This document shows, piece by piece, positions 1-12,208 of a DNA stretch of 64,000 nucleotides. The notes below the pieces were generated by a model that saw only the letters and a list, made by a program, of their open reading frames with translations, did no database searches and was not told where the DNA came from. How positions within the stretch are numbered: the first letter of the stretch is position 1; the number at the start of each line of letters is the position of its first letter. The translations under genes and the position numbers were made by a program. This DNA comes from Kudoa neothunni (taxonomy: Eukaryota; Animalia; Cnidaria): NCBI GenBank assembly GCA_964304625.1, contig OZ199840.1, positions 4,192,490-4,256,489 of the forward strand. The letters are read 5' to 3'.

Positions 1-239
1 CTCAACAATAATAGATATGGAGGTATATTTTTATACAGTCGATCTAATTTAAAACATTGATTAAAAAATTATCATTAATATTCAATCGAATTCTTTGATT
101 TTGTTAAGGTAATAAAATATTAGAATGAAATGCTGCAAGTACTAAATAAAACCAGTTTAAAATGAGACATACTAAGTCTGTTTTAATTTATTTAACTTTG
201 TTTGATTAAATTAATGAACAAATTGGTTTTTTATTTAGA

Positions 240-2194
240 AAACAACTTGCACTGAATTTGAGGCATTTGATCTGCGTGAACTTTTGACATCGTTGGCATT
301 TATTGTACAAGGCGTAACGTCAGGAAAACACTTAACATTAGCGAATCGGATATTGTGAACAAGGGAGAATGATATAATTTTGCAGCTTATTTAATTTTTA
401 AATTAATCATTCAAGGATAACGATGTCCTTCGAGAATTAACTATATTTTTTATTTTTTAAGAGACAATAACCACTCGAATACGGAATAGGGATAGTTCAA
501 TACGTACAATGTTCTATTGTACTTTATTCCTTAATTTACTATTTCGCCTATGTAATAACCAAGAGTTCATCATAATTGTATTGATACCCAATAAAGTATT
601 CTAATGTAATATTTTCTACATTTATTGCTTGCAAGATATAAATATATGATATCCGATCTGGTATATCCATTCCGTCCATACTTTAATTGTAAGCATTTAA
701 AGCATGAAGGTGTTTAATCTTGATGTTTTTTCTTCATTCGATTGAATTCATTAATTTAAAAAATTGCTTCGCACATCGGGTGCGTTGAAGATAAGTTAAA
801 AAATAATCCATCGTACCATTGAGTTAAAAAAATTCATAATTTCAATCTTTATTACATTCGTATGCTCTTTGCAATTTTTCTTTAAAGATGTGCATCCTTG
901 TAATCAGTTGGATCTAATGATTCCAGTGGAATAAATAAATAAAAAAAATATATGGAATTTTAATATGCTTTTCCCATAATTGTATGATATAATCACCTGA
1001 AAAAAGACCACAGTTCATTGATTCATAAACGGTTGTTCCATCATATCGAAGGAATTAGTAAACACTCATAGAAACACCGCATCAAATCAACATCTCAGAT
1101 GTGATTTTGTAGATTTCCTAGAAATATATTACCTTGAATAGCATCTTCCTTTTATTGGTATCACCTGTTCATCCACAAGTAACTTCCCTTCTGGCATGAT
1201 CTTGAATCAAGCAGATTTAAGACTTAAGTAGTCCAGGAATGGTATAATTTTCGAGCACCTATCAAAATCAGGAGCAGATTGTTGGGTAATTATTTTGTAC
1301 TTCTTATAAAATAAATAATGTTTGAAATCAGTTAAAATTCAACGTTTGAATATGCTATAGTAGCGAATAAAACTTAGAGCATTTTTCTAATGGCATCGAC
1401 ATCTAGATATTCTAACTATACAAATTTAGATAATTAATTCGATACACTTTTATATTTCGTCATTATCGAGTTTGAAACTATGATGAGATTGCTTGGAGTA
1501 TTTCATTTGTTAACACAAGATCTGTAAAGGCGACACATGAGTCACTTGAAGTAATCAATCGGAATAAAAAGTTCATTTGTTTTTTTAAAAGGCGCTTCGT
1601 ATTCCTAAAATATGCAAAACCAAACCACGTTGGTTTCAACATATCCCAGTTAAATTATGATTTTCGGTCTCTTTTGTTTTCATCGATAGACTCATTATGG
1701 TGTTTAGAGTAGCCATCGCATCTTTCTAAAATAACGAAATTTTAGCTGTATGGGAATTTCCCAAGTTTTAATAATATATAACAATTTCTTGATATATTTT
1801 TTCACTTGTCTCAGTAAAGCTTAATATATCGTACACCATAACTTCAACGCGTGTTGCTCAAATAATCATTAGTTTTCTGAATAGTTCCATACGATATTGA
1901 TGCATAATTTATTATTTGTTATGAAAATTTTGAAAAATGTTTAAAACTAATTTAGATGGTATATGTAAAGTGATTTCATGTATTTAATGTTATATGTTTG
2001 AAGCATGCTCCATGTGTGGATTAAAAGCTCAATACTTTCTTAGATATTAAAAAGGGAAATGTTCATACTTTAATTTACAAAAAATTATATATTTCTTGTG
2101 GTATACTCATTATGTAGTCTAATACAATTTATAAGGTCAATAGAAGATTGTATTTTAGTTTTTTGAATTCAAATGCACATCAGACTTGAAAGGG
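240..2194 (-). mobile_element. Decayed piggyBac transposon (transposase pseudogene, one terminus visible)
   Basis: Minus-strand fragments read KIIPFLD...LLVDEQVIPIKGR (~1140-1255), TGIIRSN (~905-930), a YN..M.G.D..D-like segment (~650-700) and a Cys-rich C-terminal remnant (~250-330), with many stops and shifts. A TTAA-CCCTTTC terminus lies on the minus strand (plus strand GAAAGGG-TTAA, 2188-2198). Confidence 0.7.
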
Positions 2195-2853
2195 TTAATT
2201 TTTTGTAACATAGTCATCTAAAAGGAGAATAAATCATTCATTAATTTTCTTATAATTTATTTTAATTATTGACACTATGCTCTATAATTATCTGATGGTC
2301 GATGTTAGGTAATAGTTTAATTGAAATGTATATTCAATAACTATCACCAACCCATATTTTGTGCTCATCAGTTAAGTAGGAACCTAATTCTTACATCTCA
2401 ACTAATTAATGAATTTAAACTGTTATTAGAATTTACTAATAACAGTTTAAATCTTTATATATGCTTATTTTAGTGGTGACGGTAACTGACACTTTTCTGT
2501 TCAGATTAAACTAATGTTATTTTTTAACATTTTTCAATTTAATTTCTTCAAAGTAACTTTTATTTTAAAAAATTTGTTTTACTTTTTATTATCAAAATAA
2601 AATAACATTAATTTAATATTTTTGGGGTATTTTTTATTATGGGACTTTGTAGTATAAACCATTTTACCTAATGAATACATTGATTAATTTCTATTAAAAT
2701 TGATATGGTAAAAATCAGTTTACCAGAAAATAATTTTCATTATTAATTATTAGTAATTTTTAATTCAATTTCCTTTTCACCCGAAAAGTTTGGATCATAG
2801 TATGTCATTCATACGTTCGAATTTAATCATTGATTACCGTAATACTATTAATC

Positions 2854-5800
2854 ATGATGAAGATTCAATTGCTTTGTTATTTTATTAGTATTCAATTACT
2901 TTTATATTATTTAATTAATTTTAGTCTATATTAAAGTACTATTTGTGAAAGCAAATCAGGCACCTCCTGCAGTACCTGTGCCAGAGGCTACATTAACGTA
3001 CCAAATTGTTTACGAAGAAAATGGTAAAAAATATTTGTTTAAACATAAACTTGGAGGCACAAAGTATGTAACTGGAAAAAAGTGTCGTATAATGATATCA
3101 AATGATGCAAAGACCATTGTCACAGCAGAGACCCCAGCTGCTTTCGAAGAAATCGCTAATTGTCCTGGATATGAAACTGGTCACGCGAATGAATGTATCA
3201 TCGATTGTAATAACGAAACTAGCAAAATAGAGTACAGTAAACTTTCACCGAGGACAAAATACATATATGTAAAAGATGGTGCAGATAAAAATGCCGTACA
3301 AGGGAGTAATCATATAAGAGGTGGAAATGTGTTTGGGTTGACAACACGTAATGAAACAGAAATAATTTTAATTAATTAAGGCATTAAATTTTAGCATTGT
3401 TGGTAAATCCCAGAATAACGATATCTATTGACACTGATAAGCTAAAACTCTTGGCAAAAACTTGTTCTCCAGTTAATTGTCCCATCTACTATAAAGATGC
3501 CATGTTCAATAATGGAGGGAAGGGAGGAACATGCGACGTGGATAACACAGGCGAAGCTTTGGAATTCGATTTATTGATCCCTCATTATGAGATGAGGTGT
3601 GAGAATTACCCCAGTTTTTTTTACCATATGCCAAACGCATACATGAAGACCAACATGGAAATTTACAAACCTCAATATTACGTTACCAAACAGACAGGAG
3701 ATAATAAAAAGTTATTAATTAAATTCACAGGTTCAATGCTATCGTCGGAAATATGCGTTTTCAGCATTAAAGATGGACAAGCTGCGGGCAATGATCAGCC
3801 ATTTGAGTCCAAATGTGGAAATACAGAAGGAAAATGCTACGCATTATGCAAGTACACTGAACTTACGGTAACTGCGGCAAAAGAAATCTACAAAGTTTTA
3901 ATTCAAACAAGACATCACGACCTCGCAAAAACTTCTGCCGATTTAGAAGGCTTTTTCCAGAACAAATTTGGTATTTATAGCGCGAATAATATAATTTTAT
4001 AATAGTTATTATTCTAGCGATTGCTGAGAGTGGAGCTGGATTGCTGTCGTTATACACAAAAGGTGGTGTAACTTTTGACGGAAGATTTTTAAAGACGGTT
4101 GGAATTGGAACTACCAAATTTGATACTTGCACACTTAAACATTATGCTGCTGACAAGATTAAACTAAGTGCGTCAACCAAAACAGGTTGCAGCCAGGACA
4201 CACGTGTTACAACCGGAGGAGTAAATAATTGCAAGACAGAATGCGAACAGGTGGTTATCGAAGGGTTATCTGCAGGAAAACCTTATATCATCGAAATTGA
4301 ATCAGACATAACCAATCCGACCTCTTTCAAGGAACAAATACTTATAAGGACTGGTATATATTTAACAATTCACGAGTTTTTAAACTAATAATTTGTAAAG
4401 AAAAAGCAGATAACGATAAAGCTTTCCAAACAACAGTCCTCAGTCAAACGGAGTCAACCACTACGCTAACAGCTATTGGAGGACAGGGCGAAACCGATAA
4501 GAAAAATGAGCCAAACTGTGAGTATTACATAAGTCCAACAGGGAAAAATACATTTTACGTTGCTACATGCACTGAAACAAACCCTTGTAGAGGAAGATGC
4601 AGAGAGTCAATAACCATAATTGATCTTGAGCCAAACACTTTCTATGATATTAAAGTTGTTGCTGACAAAGACTACAAAGAGCATATTTATACAAAAGTTT
4701 CAACAAGTATGCTTCTCATATGAATAATATATTATTTTAAGTTAGGTTTGGCAACCCTCACAATAACTTCAAAATATACCGAACAAGGTTTGGAATTGAA
4801 TGCACAACTATCCAAAAAAGTTCCAGAAGCAATTTGTCATTATACAATCCAAATTAAGAAAACCGGCAAGTTTGAAAATGTTTACACGTGTGAGGGACCT
4901 AAAGCATCAGCAGCTGTTCCACCAGCCCCAATAACTCTACCAACCACACCAACTGAATCTAAAACTAACAGTAATCCTGCAAGAATTAGTGTCATTCCAT
5001 ATCCTAACCAACAAATAAAAAGAACAGGATTAAAGCTTGCAAAAGTAGAGGAAACTGCAACGAAGAGCGTTGCAACAATTACTACTCTTTCTACCACAGC
5101 CCCAACGACGGAAACTCCTCAAAGCTCGGACACATGTGCATCACCTCCATTATGCAGTTCGATTGTCTTCAATGATTATGATGCAAAAGAAGAATATAAG
5201 GTGTTGGTTACTGCAACAGGAAAATCATCACCTATGGAAATAACTCTAATAGCCAGTAATTAACACTTTTATGATATAAATATTAGCATCATCGAATAGC
5301 TTCTCCAAAAGAAAATCCAGCCGAAAGCGAAAAAACAATATATATAACCATAACAAGGGATGGAGAGGTATTCAATATAGAAAATACACTTCCATCTAGT
5401 CTTGCTGAAAATTCGAAATGCAAGTGGGAATTACGTAATTCCAGTGCCAAGTCGATGGCCATAGTGAAACAATGTATGAGTCCGAGTGATGCTGGGTGCA
5501 GAACATTCCCAACATGCAAATCCTTTAGCATACGGGGGGTAAAAGATGGCAATAGTTATCATTTGACGGTCTACAACTCCAGAGATGTTTTGATTTACGG
5601 TACCGCTGTAATTGAACAAGGTAAAATTTTGTTTGCTTGATAATATTATAATTTATGAATTCTAGGTGCAAAGAGCAGCTCAAGGTTTGTTTAACAATTA
5701 AATGACCAGCTAATCTCTTATTTAGTTCTAAAACCCTTGTGATGTATGATTTCAAAAGTAACATATAATTTAAATAAAATGATTTTAGAATAATAGCGGT

Positions 5801-5864
5801 AGCAGTTGTTGGAGTTTTGATTGTAGGTGCAGTCGGTTTCACGATTTTCAAGAAGAAAAATTAG
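2854..5864 (+). CDS. Orphan type-I membrane/surface protein (~870 aa, 9 exons): signal peptide, ~7 Cys-containing FN3-like modules, Thr/Pro-rich insert, C-terminal TM helix, KKKN tail
   Basis: ATG 2854 (MMKIQLLCYFI|IYIKVLFVKA). GT-AG introns start at 2888, 3348, 3971, 4354, 4707, 5256, 5621 and ~5685, and splicing joins the ORF pieces in frame. FN3-like motif ITIIDLEPNTFYDIKVVA in exon 5. The last exon encodes IIAVAVVGVLIVGAVGFTIFKKKN*. Confidence 0.85.
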
Positions 5865-7199
5865 ACTTTACCACCTGAAGGAAACCTATTATAGATTAAT
5901 AGAATATTAACAATATTTTCATTTAACCTGATAGTATGTGATTGGTCATCATACAATTTTATTTATTCTTAACTGCTATTATTTGCATATTCATATTTTC
6001 TCAAAAATTCAACTTCAGATTATAGAATTTTATTTTATCTTTATCTTCTAAATTTACCTAATTATAAACTAATAAAGTACGAAAATTTCTCCAAAAAATG
6101 ACTTGATACAAAAATATTGTATATATTTTGTTTGTAAATGAAGGGGTTATAGTTATATTCATGGAATATAATTACTTTAAATAATGGAATTAAAATGAAA
6201 ACATTCAAACCACGCTACGTAGCAACAACTATATGTAAAAGTTTTTTAGAATTTTAAAAATAACCAGATGAGATTTAAGAATAACCTTCTTAATCTAAAA
6301 ATTTATCACAAATGTAAGAGAAAGAAAGAAATGTAAGTTAATACTGATTTATGAAGTATGGGGGAGATTTAATGTATATTTTTATTAAATTATGTTATAT
6401 ATAAATGATCAATTATAAAATAAAAACTATATAAAAAAAAGGATAATGCATAATACGCTCAAAATAATTTCGATATTTTGATACCAACAAATTTACGTTT
6501 TATTTTTATCTGCATGTCAAGTTTTCAGTATAACGACTAAGCTGGTGAGAAATTAAGCGGCAATTTGACAAAATTATCTTAATCAAGCACATAATGTCAT
6601 TTGTAGACATTTGAAAATGGGGTATATCGATTCACTTGACCCTAATTGCCATAATAATTATTCTACTCTAAGGTTGAAATTTCTATTAGGACTTTTACAA
6701 TTAATAACTGTATTAATAAATTACTGTATTTGGTAGCATCAAACAATAACATTTTTCTTAATCTAATTAGATTTTTTTTGAAAAATTCACATTTAGAATG
6801 AATTCTACATTTCTAAAAGAAGTGAACATCATAAGTTATAAGATTTTTCATATTTGAGATTCCTATATATGTAATAACCTTTTTAATAATTTTATATATT
6901 CAAAAATTCTTCATTCTATTTTTTATTAAGAATTTCCTTTTCATAAATGTTCGAGCTAAAAAATAACTTACATCATGTAAGCTTCCATATAATTCTACAG
7001 GCAGAGGGTTAACGATAGAAACAATTATTTGTTTATCGTTTGTTATATTATCGCAAATAATTGAATGTTATGTATCAAACAGTTTAATGAAGAGGAAAGT
7101 CGCTTTGTGCAAAAAAACTTTTCTGATTTGTCGCTCTTTGCAAATATTTTAAATCAAAACTTTCCAATGTTGTGTATGAGAATTTGTTTTGGCTTAACC

Positions 7200-7400
7200 C
7201 AGTGTTCCTCAACGTGGGTCACACGCCCCACCGGTGGAGCATAGAACTTTTTGAACGTTTAATGAACCGCTCTGGTGCGACTCGGAAAATCGTGAGTATA
7301 GGTGTGACATGGAAAATGGTGAGATAATTTGGCAGTATGACGTATTTTGAAGACATTATCTCGATTTTTAATATCTCTTCTTTGAATGACAATTAAAAAA
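7200..7400. mobile_element. hAT (Buster/Charlie-type) terminal remnant
   Basis: Begins with CAGTGTTCCTCAACGTGGGTC, a typical Buster-family TIR, followed by GC-rich subterminal sequence. No partner TIR nearby. Confidence 0.45.
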
Positions 7401-9400
7401 AATACAAAAAACAATGACTAATTATTATATATTAAGTAATAATAATAATATTTAACGTGTCCTTCACCCGAATAGGATCAGAATGGTTTGAATCTCAATC
7501 TTGTCTCATTTAGAATCATATATCCCCTTTTTTGCTTAAATCTAATATATCATAGATTAATTTTGTATTTGAGTTATTTTCGGTTCATTAGCCCCGTATA
7601 CACGAAAGTCTTTCCTAATGAAGGTTGGATTGCCACGAGTTTCACTTGGTGCTGATTTTGACGGAATGAAGAACTAAAGATGTTAGTTTTTAAGGTCCAT
7701 CGATAAATTAAGTTAGATCTAACCGAATAAATTTTAATTTTAATGCGAAAAGAAGTATATATTAATTACTTTCAGATTTTAATGTGATAAGGAGCTTTAT
7801 TCAATGTTATAAACAATTTAAATTAAAAAATCAATGCTTTTAAACATAAAGTTGGGTGTCATATCTTGTTTCATTATTCATTTGTTAAATTTTTTTCACA
7901 AAAATATATAAATACATATTTATATAATTAAATCTTTATCGTGCGAAAAGATATTTAAAAAGTCTCGATACTTATTGATCAGCTCATGTATAATACATTT
8001 ACTTCAGCGATAAAATATATATACTAAAATTCCAACTGTTATATCTCTTTGTAAAGCCTCAGCTTTAAATATTTTTAAGACATGGAATAGTTTCGATAAT
8101 GAGAAAGTGATACCCAAGCGCAAGATAATTGATCGAGGTAAACATATCGATTATATCAAGTCATTGTTTACAAATCAGATATAAAATAAATTTTCAATGC
8201 GTAGCAAAAACAACCCGAAATTTTTACATGGTAATGATACATACGAATAAGATTTTTATTGAATTTTTATTTTTCCTGTAATTTGATGATAATGACTTTA
8301 AACAAATTTTTTAACATTTAACCTCTCTAACTATTATAAATATTGATTTTTACTTAATATATTCATGCTGAAAACTAAAAATTTGGAAATGATAGGAATA
8401 AGTAAGTTTCGACAATCCGGCGGTCGATTCAAGCATTCAAATGAAATAACAACGAGGGATTTCAAAGTTTTTTCAGCGTTTTAGTAGTATCTGACCGTTA
8501 TGAGGTTTCTAGCACGTACCGTCGAAATGTTTTATACATGAATTCTCTGTTTGATGAGTAATTTTTTCAACCGCTACTCAATAAACGGATTCACTCTCCT
8601 CTCTCGAACAATCAGATTCAATGACAAATAGAAATTAAGTTCAACTATCAATATTCCTCAGAGTAAATTAAAAACTATTGGAGAAGTTTTCAACGATATA
8701 AATCTAGCATTTGTGAAAGCTAAAGCCTGGATCTAATGAATTGTGGACAACCGATTGGTTGAGTTTCCGTGGCATGGGCCCATTTCGAATTTACGTGAAT
8801 AATAAGTTGTCAGATTTTACATTATTAAAACTAAAGCAATACTTGAAATATTATCTAAAATAGGCTCAGTGCCCAACACAACGAAAAAATTAAATTAAAC
8901 GCAAAAAAACTCGTATCCAAAACCACTACAAGTATTATATATACTAATGGAATATAGACGATTATTTGCTAGAAGCTTTGGCTGCACGAAGTATACCTTT
9001 TTTAGCGTATCTCATGTTTCTCACATACTTTCTTTCCATCTAAAGCCAATAAGACTATTCTACAACAAAAACAAGCTCACTCCTTTGGTGGAAACTTTAG
9101 GTTGGAATTTAGGCTTTTTGATGCCATTTCTATGGTTCTTTTTTCCCTGATTATGAGAGGTATGATTCTTCGACTTAGCCATTACTTTCCACGCGTCGGA
9201 TACTATCGTGACAATTCGCAAAATGTACTACTCCACCAAATGACTGATTAAATTAATTAAATACTTTCAACTTAAGTCAAAAATTTAAGTTGATAACTCA
9301 TATCAAATGATACAACTTGATGTTTGGATTTAAAGTAATGTAGACATCACTTCAAGATTGTCGGCAATGTTCGCTACACGCTAATTACAACACTCCCAAG

Positions 9401-9935
9401 ATGCAGGACGATTTGCTTACAATGATTACCCAGAAATGGAACTGCAACAAATTGAACCTTAACGGTCTAAGAATGTCGAAAGTATCTTGACCTAGTGAAG
9501 GAGTTGATTAAATTAACGTAAACTAGGCCAAGTTCAACGTTATGGGTTTGGATAAACCTAAATACAACGGTATGTGCTCAAAGCGTGTTGTTGATGTGTC
9601 CTCGGACAAGAAAGCTGTTGTGATGACAATCAAGAAGAGAACCAGTAATTTTGTTGATGATCAGATTTTGTGGTTAATATTCGAATTGTTTTTAATTAGC
9701 CGAGCGAACACGCCATCTAGCCCCTTATGAGATCCGTCATAAAATGTCATGTGGAAGTAAAAGAATTTTAAATCGCATGAAGAACTATCTTATGAATGCT
9801 AACATTCCTCCCCACCACACGTGGAATGCTCTTAGAAGAGCTAGCACTCTCATCAGAGCCAACAACAAACGTCGCATTCACAAAACCTATAAGAAAAAAG
9901 GCCCAATCGTTCGAGAAGAATATAATTTCAATTAA
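9401..9935 (+). CDS. RPL28: 60S ribosomal protein L28 (eL28), 3 exons
   Basis: Spliced product MQDDLLTMITQKWNCNKLNLNGLRMSK|AKFNVMGLDKPKYNGMCSKRVVDVSSDKKAVVMTIKKRT|...ALRRASTLIRA matches eL28 motifs (N-terminal DL.W.I, YNG, A.RRAS.I.RS). Introns at ~9482-9526 and ~9644-9698. Confidence 0.88.
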
Positions 9936-10107
9936 CTCGGCTGTAATTCATTAGATAGCTAGTTGATAAGTGTTGGCTTGTTTTTTGTCGTTTTTCATTT
10001 ATTATATCTTACTGCATTTAATTTCATACTTAAAATCCTCGGAAATTATTAACTAATCAGTTATTAAATCCCTATGTCTTTGTTGGTTCTGTCTGCATTT
10101 AAGTCAT

Positions 10108-10576
10108 CGGGGCTGCCAAGGTTTGGGTTTTTATGTTCACCTTGGTATTTTTGTCCATTTTTTACAAAATCTCGGGGTTTTATTGGAAACCTGTAAATAT
10201 TGAATAAAACACCAATTTTTCTGTGTGCGACATTTATATTTTTAATATATATATCCTTTTCAGTTTGTATCATGCAGGGTTTGAACATTTTCGATGTTGA
10301 ACGGCAGCACATCATTAGAAAATATAAGTTTTATTTCAAAATATATCTTGAACTATGAAATAATTAATTTTGAGTATATTGATCTGCGTTAGACATTAAG
10401 TGTGAGTGAATGTTTGCGCCAAAAAGTTGCAATAATACGACGATAAATTTAATATCGAAAGAAGTAATTATATCATCGGAAGACTAGAAAATTCAATGGA
10501 TACGATTCTTTGTTCGTATTTTAAATTAGCGTTCTTCTCGACTTAGGGAGTTTTTAAAACCCCACTGGCAGCCCTG
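10108..10576. mobile_element. MITE with CAGGG(C/T)TGCCA-type TIRs (copy 1)
   Basis: Left end CGGGGCTGCCA, right end TGGCAGCCCTG. The internal 10380-10576 segment aligns by eye with 23325-23542. Confidence 0.65.
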
Positions 10577-12208
10577 TATTACGCTGTTCGATGAGTATTC
10601 AGTATTTACTAAAACATATTTGTTACAGAATAGTACTCTGGGTCATCCTTCGTTGACCCAATTTATTTTAGTATCTCTGAGATTAGGTATCTAACGAAAG
10701 AATGAATACAACTGCGTTATTAAGAGATTAAACAGGGGGATGTCGACAACTTTAAAAAGGTGGTCGTTATGCCGGATATTTTTTCTTTTTCTTACCATAT
10801 AAAGTAAATTTTCTGTAAGAGAAGAGTTTTTTCTTCTTTAATAATAGGCAATAAGATGCTGATAATTATGAATCTTGATAAAAAATAGCCCATTTTTGAC
10901 TTATATTGATCAATAAACTTGCATGGATGAAATTTATGTCATATTAACTCTATCAAATATACATATTAATTTTCGCAAACTGTATCACTATACACCGAGA
11001 CATCTTAGAATTTATAGAAATTGTGATGGTGCGAGAACAAGTAAAAATATCTCCATTTAGACCATCGCATCCAACAATGGGGAATAAGGGTTTGAGATGC
11101 GAGATCGGGCACAATTGAAAATATTTGAATCGTAAAAACTTAATGAATACATCGTTATTTTTTTTAGTCTAATCAGTTTTTATTCTTTTAAATATACTCC
11201 GGATATATCTTAAAAGACGCGTTTAATTCACAAAATTAATGAGTGAAACATTTCAATTACTGTAAACTCTTGTTATTGCGTAGTTCGTTATATTTTAGCA
11301 TATTTTTTGATAATTTTATCTTGATGATAAGGGAAATAATAATATATGAAGTCAGAATATCATTTATGATGTTTTAATTTATATAAGATGTAATAAAATT
11401 GGAAAAATTGATGTTGTTACTATCACGTAACTAAATTTGTTGATTTTAATCCTTTTAGTCTTGTAACTTCTTTACATTAAATTCCGAAAATGACTCTTGC
11501 GCGAACTAGTATTGAAGGTGAAATCAAAATAATCAAACATTATAATAGATGAACTGTTGCAGGTAGAATTGGAACCCTCGATCCTTAATTAAAAAGTAAA
11601 AAGCGGTGGTGTCATATCGCTCTGCTGCGGATTGCGAATATGTTAACTTTGGTTACAATCATTATATGCAATCTTTACATAAAATAGTCAGACTATTAAT
11701 AAATTAAAAGCTGAAAATAAATGTATTTTTTATCGACAAATTTTAAAATATTAAAATTACACTGGAACGATAAAACGAATTTATCTTAACATAATTCCTG
11801 GAGATAATTTTATATTACACGTGAGATTGATTTCCCCTTCGGTATTTTGAGTGAGCTATGCCTTATCGTATATAAAGATATACAGAAGTTATATTGAAAC
11901 GGTGTGAATTTCGTTTTCTCATCCAAAGAGAGGGGAGAGTCCGATTTGAATTGAGAAGAGCTGATTTAGAATTAAATCAGATATATTTTGATTAGATACA
12001 TTAAATTCCATATTATTTCAAACAAAGGAGAACTTATGGAAACTTAAGAATTATTCATAATTTTACAATCTAAAGTAAATAGGGAATATTAAAATTAATC
12101 TCATGAATTATTGAGTTAATCGTAATTGATAAAAAACAGTTATTAATAGATACGTCGGCTAATATTAATTCTACAAGAGCACTATTTCAAAAAGAAGTAT
12201 TTCTGAAT

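Noticed and set aside
9020-9240. Merlin/ISXO2-like transposase remnant (minus-strand TIVSDAWK)
   Set aside because: Only one short motif; no other catalytic motifs or TIRs could be confirmed.
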